64,000 bases of DNA, from contig CAWEZL010000001.1 in the NCBI GenBank assembly GCA_963813585.1, forward strand, positions 504,487 through 568,486. Direction: 5' to 3'. Both the position numbers and the translations under genes were made by a program. The notes below the pieces were generated by a model. The model was not told the DNA's origin. It did no database searches and worked only from the letters and a program-made list of their open reading frames with translations. The first letter of the stretch is position 1, and each line of letters opens with the position of its first letter. The stretch comes from an uncultured Acidobacteriota bacterium. Lineage in GTDB: Bacteria > Acidobacteriota > Vicinamibacteria > Vicinamibacterales > Fen-181. Positions 25,618-35,555 of this stretch are shown piece after piece.

Positions 25618-28300
25618 CTACTGCAGGCTGATCAGGTTCGCCAGCAGCTGGTAGGCGCCGGGGGTGCCGGCCGGGAGCTGCCGCCACAGCCCCAAGCCCA
25701 CGTAGATCCACCGCCCCTTGCCCACCTGGGCCTCGACAAGGGCGCCCGTCTTCACCCCCGGGTTGTGCGGGAACGGATCTTCGAGGCTGACGAGGTCCAC
25801 GTAGCGCGGGTCCTTGTCGGGCCCGAGGAAGTACAGCCCGCGTTCCTGCACCCACCCCTTCCACGCCTCCTCGCCGATCCGGTTGGGCGTGTTGAACGCC
25901 GGGTGCTGCGGCACGAGCACGCGCACGGGCGCGTCTTCGCCCGTGACACGGTTCGAGCTGACCTTCACGGGGTAGGGCGCGTACTGCGCCTCGTTGAACT
26001 CGAACTTGTTGTACTGGACGATCAGCGTCCCGCCTGCCTGGACGTACTGCACCAGGCGGCGGTTGTTCGCGCGCAGGTCGGCGCGCCGCTCGTACGCCCG
26101 CACGCCCGTCACGATGGCGTCGTAGGGCGAGAGGTCGCCCCACGCGAGGTCATCCGCGCCGAGCAGGGTCAGCTGCACGCCCAGTTGCTCGATGGCGGGC
26201 GGCACCTGGTCGCCCACGCCCATCACGTACCCGACGTGCAGTCCCGGCGTCACCTTCACGTCGATTGCCTTGATCGCCGTCTCGGCCTCGACGATGCGGT
26301 GCCGCCGGTTGACGTGCGGGTACTCGATCACCTGGTATCCGGCCGAGAACGTCTCGCCGTTGTCGCGCACGCGCGCCCGAACCGTGTAGTCGCCCGCCCG
26401 CACGCCGGAGGGCGGCGTCACCAGGAAGCGCACCGTCTCGGTTTCGTCCTCGCGCGCAAAGTCGACCGGCGCCGTCGCGGGTTCCACCTTCCACCCCTCG
26501 GGCACCTCGAGCGAGACGGTGGCCTTCGAGGCGCCGCGCGTCCCGTTGGTCACCGCCACCCGCAGCTCGCGGGTGGATGGCGAGGTTGAGCTGGCCGCCG
26601 CCTTGCGTCCGGCTGCCGGCATCGCGGCCGCCGCCGTGGGGACGATGGCGATGTCGGGCGTCATCACGACCGAGTACCGGGGCACGACGAGGAGCTCGGC
26701 CCGCTTCTCGCCGCTGAAGATGTTCCCCTCGTAGCGGGACCTCACGGGCAGGTCGGCCGACACCCTCGTCCCGGCGATCGAGAGTTCGAGCCGCGCCCGG
26801 AACGGTGTGGGCGCGAACGGCAGGCCGAAGGGGACGCCGGGTTCGAACTCGTAGCGCGCCGTGCCGGGGATGGGCCGCCAGTACGGCGTCGTCGAGGCGC
26901 GCATCGGCGGGAACGCGGACCGCGGAGGCGCAGCGATAGAGGCCGGACGCCTTCAGCTCCTCGACCGCGCACGACGACTCGCCGTCGAAGCCCGACAGCC
27001 TCACGCCCTCCACGCGCACGGCCGAAGCGCCGCGGTTCGCCACGATCGCCTGCACGTTGACCGCCTGCCCGGGCACCACGAGCCCATCGTCGGCGAGCAG
27101 GTCGACCCGCAACGCCTGGGCGATGAGGATCGCTTCCTGGAACTCGTCCTCTTCGCGGGCAAGGCGGAAGTCGATCTCGAAGACCGCGGCCGAATCGAGG
27201 CCGAGGGCCTTCAGTTGAGCCCGAAGCTGGCGAATGGCGGCGGTGCCGGCGGCGAGCGGGGCGATCGCGGCCTCCATCCCGCCGGCCTCGAAGGCCCGGC
27301 GCGCCTCGTCGGCCTGGCGGGCGATCGCGGCCAGCCCCGAGGACAGCGCCTCGGGCGGCGCCCCGCCGGCGTACTGCGCAAGACCCTGCAACGTGGGGTC
27401 GATGCCGTCGAAGAGCGAGGAGTCCTTGCGGTCGGTGCCGCCCGGCAGGGAGGTGTCGCCGAGGCGGTACCGCGCCGTCTGTGCGCCGGGCAGCGGCAGC
27501 AGTTGCCCCATGCCCTGGCACTTGTGGTAGCTGCGGGCCTCGCCGCCCACCTCGGCGTAGGTCGCACCGAGCACCGGGTCGTAGATGTCGGTCACGACCG
27601 GCAGCAGCGTCACGCCGGCCGGCGGCGGCGGTTCGCCACGGAAGCCGTAGCTGCCCGTGTAGTAGAGCTTGTGGGCCTGCCACGGGCGCAGTCCCTCGTG
27701 GATCTGTTCGGGAAACGTCGCGAGGTCGCCGGCCGCGCGGAAAGCCTCGCCTGTGATGCGCGCCTGCGCCTGGTGGTGCTCGCCGCCGCCCTCGCCGTCG
27801 GGCCTCATCGTGAGGATCACGTCCGGGCGCAGCGTCCGGATCATCCGGACGTAGTCGGACAGGACCTCGGTGCGCCCCCACTTCTCGAACGTCTCGTCGA
27901 CGCTGAACGAGTAGCCGAAGTCGATCTCGCGGCCGAAGTACTGCTCGGTGCCGTCGAAGCGGTGCACCTGCTCGAGCTCGCTCGTGCGCAGGACGCTCAG
28001 CGCCTCGAACAGCTCGGGGCCGATCTCGTTCTGGCCGCCGGTGCCCCGCGTGGCCGTCAGCAGCGTGGTCCGGTAACCCAGGCCCCGGTCGAGCATGGCC
28101 AGCAGGGCGCTGCTCTCGTCGTCGGGGTGCGCGGTGGTCTGAAGGAAGGTGCCGACGTTCCCCAGGCCGCGCAGTGCGATGGCGAGGGCCGCCCGCCCGC
28201 TCTCAGGCGCCGGGCCGCGGGGCTGGGTGGCGAGCGGGATGGCGACGGCCGCCGCGGCAGCGGCGGCCAGGAAGGCAGTCGTCCTGAAGTGGTTGGCCAC
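25618..28300 (-). pseudogene. PIG-L/LmbE-family deacetylase fused to a ThuA/GATase1-like C-terminal domain, one frameshift near 26900
   Basis: ORF 26150-28300 is convincing only as far as ...SAVRVPAD; it contains AHPDDE and EHHQA. ORF 25618-26904 continues as (M)RASTTPYWRPIPG... and ends in a ThuA-like region (GGTLIVQYNKFEF...). Together they make about 890 codons. Confidence 0.8.
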
Positions 28301-28367
28301 GGAGAGATTCTAAATCGAGACGCTCGAGGCCCGGGCGATACGGCCGTGAGGCGCTGGGCGCGAGCCG

Positions 28368-29345
28368 CTAGCCGACTCGCCGTATCACCATCACCGTCTC
28401 GTCGTCGGCGCGCTGGGCGCGGCCGCGGAAGGCGCGCGCGTGCTCGACGCAGCCGTCGGCAAGCGCGGTCGAGGAGTGGTCGAGCCACCCGGCGACCAGT
28501 TGCGCAAGGCGTTCGTCGCCGTACGGCTCGCCGTTCTCGTTGGTGGACTCGGTGATCCCGTCCGTGTAGAGCAGCAGTGCGTCGCCCGGGGCGAGGTCGA
28601 GCGTCTCGACCCGGAACTCCTCGATGCAGAAGAGGCCAATCGGGACGCCGGTGGCCTCGAGCGGCGTGGCCTGGCCGTTCCGCACGAGCAGCGGCGGGCA
28701 GTGGCCGGCGTTCGCCAGCTCCACGCGACCCGACGGGGACAGGCGGGCGCAGACCAGCGTTGCGTAGTGGTTCTGCATGGTGCTCTCGCAGAACACGCGG
28801 TTGGCGCGGTCGAGCACCTGCGGCAGCGGAAGGTCGAGGCCGGCCAGCGTCCTCGCGGTCGCGTGGAGGTGGGCCATCAACATCGAGGCGGCGACCCCCT
28901 TCCCGGAGATGTCGCCGAACATGACCAGCAGGCCGCCGTCCGCGGCGGGCGGCCGGACGATGTCGCAGTAGTCGCCGCTGACGGGTCCGAGCGGGCGGTA
29001 CAGGTAGGCGATCTCCCACCCCTGGTGCACGAGCAGCCGCGGCGGCAGCAGCCCCTGCTGGACGCGGCCGGCCAGCTGCAGGTCCTGCTCGAGGGCGCGG
29101 GCCTCGTCGCGGCTCAGGTGGTCGAGGCAGAACCGCGTCAGCGGGTCGGCGGCCAGGCGCTCGGGTTCGATCGCGTCGCCGCAGGTCTCGCAGCGGCCGT
29201 AGGAGCCGGTCTCGACGCGTTGCAGCGCGCTGTCCACCTCGTGCAGCAGGTTCTCGATCTGCGGTAGCGCCATCCCGGCCTCGAGCACCCCCTCGAGCCG
29301 GCGGCGGCGGTCCAGCAGTTCTTCTCGCGCTTCGCTAGGCGACAT
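28368..29345 (-). CDS. DksA/TraR-type zinc-finger domain fused to a PP2C/SpoIIE-family phosphatase
   Basis: 325 aa. The N-terminus has a coiled-coil plus CETCGDAIEPERLAADPLTRFCLDH (C-x2-C-x17-C-x2-H). The C-terminus has SpoIIE/PPM motifs: VSGDYCDI, FGDISGKGVAASMLMA, LLLYTDGITE. Confidence 0.8.
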   Translation of the reverse strand: MSPSEAREELLDRRRRLEGVLEAGMALPQIENLLHEVDSALQRVETGSYGRCETCGDAIEPERLAADPLTRFCLDHLSRDEARALEQDLQLAGRVQQGLLPPRLLVHQGWEIAYLYRPLGPVSGDYCDIVRPPAADGGLLVMFGDISGKGVAASMLMAHLHATARTLAGLDLPLPQVLDRANRVFCESTMQNHYATLVCARLSPSGRVELANAGHCPPLLVRNGQATPLEATGVPIGLFCIEEFRVETLDLAPGDALLLYTDGITESTNENGEPYGDERLAQLVAGWLDHSSTALADGCVEHARAFRGRAQRADDETVMVIRRVG

Positions 29346-29444
29346 GGATGCCCCCCACCACGCCAGTGTACAGCGGAAGGCTGAAGCGTCCTTCCCCGAG
29401 ATGCTGCGCGCCGCTTCGAGTCTGCGGGAGTCGCGATCGGTGAT

Positions 29445-30917
29445 TCAGAACTGGAAGTAGATGAAGTCCAACGACGTGTAGCTGCGAAGCACCAGGATGG
29501 CGGCGAACATGACGCCGGCCAGGCACCCCTGCGCGAGCACTTGGCCGAAGCGCACCTCGGCCTCGGCGCGCTCGAGCGCCGCCGTCAGGTCGATCGGCGC
29601 GAACCGCGCCCACAGGCTCTGGATCCAGAGCGGCACGGAGTAGAGCAGCGCCAGCACGAATAGGTAGATCCCCGCCTGGTGCTGAAGCTGCGTGGACTGG
29701 AACGGGTTCAGCCAGAGGTCGCGCCAGATCATCGACAGCTCGGGCTCGCGGAAGATCAGCCAGCCGACGTTGGTCAGCACGAACATGCCCGCCCACTGGA
29801 ACGGCCTGAGGTACCGGCGCGCGCGCCGCCGCGGCCGCCACATCGAGGTTGACGCCCGCGCGATGACGAGCAGCAGCCCGTGGTAGCCGCCCCACGCGAC
29901 GTAGTTCCAGCTCGCGCCGTGCCAGAGGCCCGACAGCAGGAACGTGATCATCGTCGCGGCCGCGTAGATGCGCAGCTCGGCGCGCATCCCGAACCGCTTC
30001 CCCTCGTCCACCCGCCGCGAGATCGCGAAGCTGAGCGGAAAGAACACGTAGTCGCGGAACCAGGTGGTGAGCGAGATGTTCCAGCGCTTCCAGAAGTCGG
30101 TCGGCCCGGTGGCGAGGTACGGGTGGTCGAAGTTGCGGATCAGCTCGAACCCCAGCCACTTCGCCGTGCCGCGCGCGATGTCGGTGTAGGCCGAGAAGTC
30201 GGCGTAGATCTGGATGCAGAAGGCGAAGACGCCGGCCCAGAGCAGGTAGAAGTCGGGCGCCTGCAGCGCGAACACCTTGTTGGCGATCACTCCGACGTTG
30301 TCGGCGATCACCAGCTTCTTGAAGAAGCCCCAGGCGATGAGCAGCGTCGCATCGCGCGCGGCCGGCGCCGAGAAACGCCGCTCGCGCTCGACCTGCGGCA
30401 GCAGGTTGGTCGCCCGCATGATCGGGCCCGCGACCAGGTGCGGGAAGAACGAGACGAACACCATCATGTTCAGGAAGCCGTGCCGGGCGTGCGTGTGGCC
30501 CCTGTACACGTCGATGGTGTAGCTCATCGACTGGAACGTGTAGAACGAGATCCCGACCGGCAGGAAGATGTCGAGCATCGGGCGCGACAGCTGCCAGCCG
30601 AAGAGGGCGGCGGCCGCGGCCACGTTGTCCGCGAAGAAGCCGAAGTACTTGAAGAACCCGAGCAGGCCGATGTTGCTCGCGATGCTGAACCACAGGAAGC
30701 GGCGGCGGTGCGCCCGCCAGCGCGCGATCCCGACGGCCGACCAGTAGTCCACGAAGGTCGTCGCGAAGATCAGCGCGAGGAACCAGGGGTGGATCCAGCC
30801 GTAGAACACGTAGCTGGCGACCAGCAGCATCAGGTTCTGGCCGCGGTGGGGCAGCCGCCAGTACAGGGCGACGGTCACCACGAAGAAGCAGGCAAAGGCG
30901 AGGCTGTGGAAGATCAC
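29445..30917 (-). CDS. MBOAT family O-acyltransferase (AlgI/PatA/DltB-like)
   Basis: Start moved to the GTG at 30917 (VIFHSLAF...), which overlaps the upstream stop (GTGA). The protein is polytopic and carries the conserved His region (SGLWHGASWNYVAWGGYHG). Confidence 0.85.
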   Translation of the reverse strand: MIFHSLAFACFFVVTVALYWRLPHRGQNLMLLVASYVFYGWIHPWFLALIFATTFVDYWSAVGIARWRAHRRRFLWFSIASNIGLLGFFKYFGFFADNVAAAAALFGWQLSRPMLDIFLPVGISFYTFQSMSYTIDVYRGHTHARHGFLNMMVFVSFFPHLVAGPIMRATNLLPQVERERRFSAPAARDATLLIAWGFFKKLVIADNVGVIANKVFALQAPDFYLLWAGVFAFCIQIYADFSAYTDIARGTAKWLGFELIRNFDHPYLATGPTDFWKRWNISLTTWFRDYVFFPLSFAISRRVDEGKRFGMRAELRIYAAATMITFLLSGLWHGASWNYVAWGGYHGLLLVIARASTSMWRPRRRARRYLRPFQWAGMFVLTNVGWLIFREPELSMIWRDLWLNPFQSTQLQHQAGIYLFVLALLYSVPLWIQSLWARFAPIDLTAALERAEAEVRFGQVLAQGCLAGVMFAAILVLRSYTSLDFIYFQF

Positions 30918-32101
30918 TTGAACAGCCCCGGGTTGCGCCGCACCAGCAGCTCGGTCGTGTGCCGCTCGGCCTCGCGGCTGATGTGGTCGCCGTCGCGGTA
31001 GATCGAGATCGGCAGCTCGGGGTCGCCCCACTCGTCGTGGAAGTACGCCCCGTTCGCCTCGAGGTACGCCTTCAGCTTCCGCGTGTAGGCCACCAGCTCG
31101 GGCGACTGCGCCGGCGGGCGGGCGCCTTCCGGGCGCCGCTGCACGCGGATGAAGGCGAGGCGCGTCCCGGACTGCTTCCCGAGCCTGAGGATCTCCGGGA
31201 GCACCGACCGCGGCAGGTTCCGGTCGAAGTCGAGCTTCTCGAGGTCAGCGGCCCCGATATCGGCCGCCGCCATCGGGCGCAGCGTCCCGAGGCTGAAGAC
31301 CTCCTTGTTCATCCGGCCCAGCAGCTCGCGGCGCGTGCGCGGCCGCGACGCGGCGATCGGCAGCGGCGCGCGCTCGATGATCGGCTCGAGCCAGGCTCGC
31401 GTCCGGTCGTGCTGGTAGACGTCGCGCAGCCAGGCGTGAACTCGGAAGAACGGTCCCTGCGCGTGCTTCGCGACGATCTCGTTCAGCTCGGGCTCGCGGT
31501 CGAGGGCCACCCGGTCGACGTGCTGCGGGTTCAGCCGGAACATCGGGTCGGTCAGCATCCAGTCGCGAAAGTAGAAGATCACCGTCCTCGGCCGGATGCC
31601 CGACGCGACCACCCAGTTCTTGTAGGCGAGGTACCAGTAGGCCGAGGCGCTGGCCGGCTCGTAAATCGGCGCCGCGAGCTGTCCCGTGATCCGCGACAGG
31701 TGCCGGTGGTCCACGCGCGTCCCGGCCATCGAGTCGCCGATCACCACGATCGCGGGGTTCGCCCGGCGCAGCGCCGGCGCGGCGTCGGCGACGAACGGGC
31801 GGCGCGGCCCGGGCGGGAAGACCGACGGCAGGTAGCTCTCGGGAAGCTGGCCGGTGGTCGTGAAGGCATTGATGACGCGCAGCCCGAGCGGCAGCACGGC
31901 GGCGACCGCGATCACCAGCAGCAGCGACACCACCGGCCGGACGAGCGCCCCCCGCCGCGACGACACGGCGGCGCCGGCGTCGGCGGCGGACGCCCCGGTG
32001 CTCACACCGGCCGTTTCCGGGATGAAGGCTGGATCCTGCGCCACGTTCTGTCGAGGTTGAGGACGGTCCTGAAGGGACCCGGCAAAACGCGCATTGTACA
32101 A
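30914..32101 (-). CDS. membrane-anchored SGNH/GDSL-like partner of the MBOAT protein (AlgX/AlgJ/PatB-like role)
   Basis: It has an N-terminal TM segment (VVSLLLVIAVAAVLPLG) and a GDS block (IVVIGDSMAG), and it is translationally coupled to the MBOAT gene. The start is uncertain: TTG at 32101 or GTG at 32005. Confidence 0.55.
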   Translation of the reverse strand: MYNARFAGSLQDRPQPRQNVAQDPAFIPETAGVSTGASAADAGAAVSSRRGALVRPVVSLLLVIAVAAVLPLGLRVINAFTTTGQLPESYLPSVFPPGPRRPFVADAAPALRRANPAIVVIGDSMAGTRVDHRHLSRITGQLAAPIYEPASASAYWYLAYKNWVVASGIRPRTVIFYFRDWMLTDPMFRLNPQHVDRVALDREPELNEIVAKHAQGPFFRVHAWLRDVYQHDRTRAWLEPIIERAPLPIAASRPRTRRELLGRMNKEVFSLGTLRPMAAADIGAADLEKLDFDRNLPRSVLPEILRLGKQSGTRLAFIRVQRRPEGARPPAQSPELVAYTRKLKAYLEANGAYFHDEWGDPELPISIYRDGDHISREAERHTTELLVRRNPGLFK

Positions 32102-32127
32102 CAGGAGCAGGCTTCAGCCTCGCCGTG

Positions 32128-32149
32128 GAGCAGGGTTTCAGCCCTGCTC
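32128..32149. repeat. hairpin-B element GAGCAGGGTTTCAGCCCTGCTC (degenerate half-copy at 32105-32121)
   Basis: 9-bp stem with a 4-nt loop, read directly. The cobA stop codon TGA (32140-32138, minus) sits in the loop. A sister copy lies at 40049-40068 and a related copy at about 7838-7860. Confidence 0.85.
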
Positions 32150-32920
32150 GACAGGCGCCTCCCTGAACCACTTCAGGCGGTCCCTGAGCGCCACCACCTC
32201 GCCCACGACGACGATGGCGGGAGGCTGGATGCGGGCGGCGGAGGCCTCGTCGGCGATGCGGGAGAGCGGCGCCGTGATCGTGCGCTGGGCGGAGGTCGAG
32301 CCGTTCTCGATCACGGCCGCCGGGCAGGAGGCCGGCCGGCCGTGCGCCAGCAGCTCGCCGGCGACCTCGGCCAGGCTGGCGACCCCCATGAAGATGACCA
32401 GGGTCGCGCCGCTGGGACCGTAGAGGGCCCAGTTGACTGGCGTCGGCTTCGACTCGCACTGCTGCCCGGTGAGGAACACCAGCTCGGAGGTGTAGCCGCG
32501 GTGCGTGGCAGGGATGCCGGCGCAGGCGGGCACCGCCGTGCCGGCGCTCACGCCCGGCACGACCTCGAACGGGATGCCCGCCGCCGCGAGCGCCTCGGCC
32601 TCCTCGCCGCCGCGCCCGAAGACAAACGGGTCGCCCCCCTTCAGCCGGACGACCGTGCGCCCGGCCTGCGCCTCCTCGACGATCACCCGGTTCACCGCGT
32701 CCTGCGCCAGCACGTGTGGGTCGTCGCGCTGCCCGGCGAGGAACAGCCGCACGCCTTCCCGGCAGTGCCCCAGCAGCGCGCGGTCCACCAGCGCGTCGAA
32801 GACGACGGTGTCGGCCGCGCGCAGCAGCTCGAGCCCCCGCAGCGTGAGGAGGCGCGGGTCGCCCGGCCCGGCGCCCACCAGGTAGACCGTGCCCGCCTCT
32901 ATCTTCGAACCGCCGTTCAT
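32138..32920 (-). CDS. cobA: uroporphyrinogen-III C-methyltransferase (SUMT)
   Basis: 260 aa. Motifs: VYLVGAGPGDPRLLTLRG, VVRLKGGDPFVFGRGGEE, VPGVSA. Confidence 0.9.
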   Translation of the reverse strand: MNGGSKIEAGTVYLVGAGPGDPRLLTLRGLELLRAADTVVFDALVDRALLGHCREGVRLFLAGQRDDPHVLAQDAVNRVIVEEAQAGRTVVRLKGGDPFVFGRGGEEAEALAAAGIPFEVVPGVSAGTAVPACAGIPATHRGYTSELVFLTGQQCESKPTPVNWALYGPSGATLVIFMGVASLAEVAGELLAHGRPASCPAAVIENGSTSAQRTITAPLSRIADEASAARIQPPAIVVVGEVVALRDRLKWFREAPVEQG

Positions 32921-33027
32921 GTCGGACCGTCACCTCGAGCGCAGCGAGTCATGATGTTCTCGAGCGCAGCGTGACAGCCCGTCACGCTGGCGTGTTCGCC
33001 TCTGCGTTGCTTTACTGTCTGTCGTCC

Positions 33028-34641
33028 TTAGTGCCACTCCCACTCGATGAAGCCCGGCTTGACGTCCACCATGGCGTTGACGATCAGCTCGACCAGCCCG
33101 CCGTAGAGGATCCGGTGCTTCTCCCACAGGCCGTAGTAGGCGAGCATGTCGCGGAACTGCCCCTTGCAGTTGCTGCACGGCGCGCAGAGGTACTTCGGAA
33201 TCGACGGGTCGAGGCAGTCGGCGAACGCGTTGAGCATCTGCTCGAGCTTCTTGCGCCCCGCCACCTGGAAGCGCCAGTCGGGGAAGTTGTGGCCGCTCAT
33301 GATGGCGAAGCCGCTGCCGCCGCCGCAGCAGTAGTTGTCCACGCCGTGCGGCGTCATCTCCCGGAACTGCGGGCAGATCGCGCGCAGCGATCTCGCGCTG
33401 CGGCTCGACGACGCCCATCAGGCGCACCATGTTGCACGGGTCGTGCAGGGTCACCGGGAAGTCGTTGCGCGACGGGTCGAGCTTCAGCCGGCCGCTCGTC
33501 ACGATGTCGCGCAGCAGCGTCAGGAGCTCTCGCGCGGGATGTTCGAGGTCGCCGGTGAGGACGCGGTCGGCGACGACGGACAGCGCCTTGTGCGCGTGGC
33601 CGCACTCGCCGAGCACGATCTTCTTCACCTTCAGCTTGCGCGCCGCCTCGGCGTGCTTGATCGCCACGCGCGCGAACTGCGCGTCGTCGTACCAGAGGCC
33701 GTAGTTGATCGAGTCGTAGCCGGCGAGCTCGGACGACAGCGTCCACGAGATGCCGGCGGCGTTGAGGATCACGGCGAAGGCGCCCGGGTTCTCGGGCCAC
33801 GCCATGATCTCGCCGGCGTTGTGGATCAGCAGGACGTCGGCGCCCTCCACGTCCCAGGGCGTCTTCGACGTCGAGGCCCGTCTTCTCGCTGATGTCCTCG
33901 TCGATGAACTCGATGTTGTCCTTGACCACGGCCGGCGTCATGCCGGTGGACGAGCCCGACCTTGAGCTGCAGCATCGAGCCGTTCGTCGTGCAGCTCCTT
34001 CGGCGCGATCCCCATCTCCTGGCTGAACAGCTTGCGCAGTTCGTGCGCGATCAGGCCGTTGTCGGCGCCGATCGGGCAGGTCTGCGCGCAGCGGCGGCAC
34101 AGGTTGCAGCGGTAGGCCAGCTCGGCGAGCCGCGCGACGAGGGGCCAGTTCAGGTCGATGTCGCCGTGCTGCCACGCGGCGAGCAGGCCGCCGTTCCGCA
34201 CGTGCTTGAAGTAGAGGCGGCGCAGGATCTCGGAGCGGTAGGTCGGGCGGTAGATCTCGTTCGCCGCCGCTCGCCTCGAAGATGTGGCAGGCCTCGGAGC
34301 AGGTCTGGCACTTCGCGCAGTGCTCCATCGTGAGCAGCAGCGGCTGCGAGGAACGTCCAGTTGTTCTCGCGCTCGAACAGCTTGTCGAGGCCCGAGAGGA
34401 AGCGCCCGACCAGCGCCCGCTCCTCGTCCGGCCCCGCGGGCACCGGGAGGTTCAGGGCGAGCGTGCCGTCGAGCGCGCCGTCGTACCGTTCGCGCGCCTG
34501 ATCGGCGAGCGGCGCGAACGCCCTCAGCGCGGCCGGGTCGTCGAGCGGCGGGGGCAGCGGCGCCAGCTCCGCGCGGTCGATGCGCGTCACCTCGCCGCGC
34601 TCGCGGCGGGCGAGGTCTGAGATGCGCGTCGGGCCGCTCAT
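33028..34641 (-). pseudogene. DsrK/HdrD-like iron-sulfur (CCG-domain) protein, interrupted by six +1 frameshifts
   Basis: The pieces, read by hand across three frames, are:
- MSGPTRISDL...FERENNWTFL
- QPLLLTMEHCAKCQTCSEACHIFEASGG
- NEIYRPTYRSE...YRCNLCRRCAQTCPIGADN...PKELHD
- NGSMLQLKVG
- SSTGMTPAVVKDNIEFIDEDISEKTGLDV
- KTPWDVEGADVLLIHNAGE...VEPQREI
- LRAICPQFREMTPHGVDNYCCGGGSG...EWEWH
The breaks lie at about 34347, 34262, 33985, 33955, 33866 and 33388. Confidence 0.8.
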
Positions 34642-35555
34642 CGGTGCCCTCCACGCGTGGGGTCGCCGGCCGCGACGTCGCGCCACGTCCGGGTGCCGTC
34701 GGCCTGGACGTGCGGCGCCGACCACGTGGGGCGATAGGTGAGGTACTCGGTCATCTTCGCGCGCACCCGCTCGCTCGCCGGCCCGTCGTCCCACCGGACT
34801 CCGTGATACGTGAACCACTTCCCCACGAAGTGCGACATGTGGGTCAGCGGGACGTAGGCGGCCGTCAGCGCGGCGAGCGCGAGGCCAACCGCGAGCACCG
34901 GGTGCAGCGGCGCCGCCGTGTCGAAGCGAACCACGTGCGCCGCCACGACGAGGGCCGGCGCCGGCTCGATGAGAAAGCCCACCCCAACCAGCGGCAGGAC
35001 GCCCGCGAACAGCGCCAGGTTGAAGTAATCGGCCGGCGCGGAATAGGCGGCCAGCTTCGGATCCGTCAGGCGCGCGTGCAGCAGCGCCAGCGCGCCCCCC
35101 GTCCCGAGCACGACGCCAGCGCCGCCCAGCAGGCCCCAGGCCACGGTCGCCGCCCGCGCGGCCCGCGCACCGAGTGGCGCGCCGACCAGGTCGACGAGCG
35201 CGCCCGCCCCGGCCAGGGCGGCGGCAGCGACGACGAGGTAGAGCCCCAGGTGGAAGGGGTACGAGCGGTACCAAAGCGGGCGATTGTGGCGGCGGAGGCC
35301 GGCCAGCAGCAGCATCTCGGGCAGCATGCAGGCCAGCTCGCCCCGCAGGTTTCTTCTCTGCGGCCTCGTCCACCAGTCGGGCTCCTCGTAGCGGGAGCCG
35401 CCGTGGGCGGTCCGCCCGGGCGCCTCGTGGGGGACGGGGTACAGTTCCCAGCGCAGGTGCACCGGGGCACGCGCGTACCGCACCGCCCGGACGGCGGTCG
35501 CCGCGGCGAACACCCCGAGTCCCAGCCAGATCAGCAGGAAGGAAAGACCCGTCAC
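34638..35555 (-). CDS. DsrM/NarI-like integral membrane (heme b-type) subunit
   Basis: The GTG start at 35555 overlaps the dsrC stop (GTGA), and the stop overlaps the dsrK-like ATG (ATGA). 305 aa, polytopic, opening VTGLSFLLIWLGLGVFAAATAVRAVRYARAPVHLRWELYPVPHE. Confidence 0.65.
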   Translation of the reverse strand: MTGLSFLLIWLGLGVFAAATAVRAVRYARAPVHLRWELYPVPHEAPGRTAHGGSRYEEPDWWTRPQRRNLRGELACMLPEMLLLAGLRRHNRPLWYRSYPFHLGLYLVVAAAALAGAGALVDLVGAPLGARAARAATVAWGLLGGAGVVLGTGGALALLHARLTDPKLAAYSAPADYFNLALFAGVLPLVGVGFLIEPAPALVVAAHVVRFDTAAPLHPVLAVGLALAALTAAYVPLTHMSHFVGKWFTYHGVRWDDGPASERVRAKMTEYLTYRPTWSAPHVQADGTRTWRDVAAGDPTRGGHR

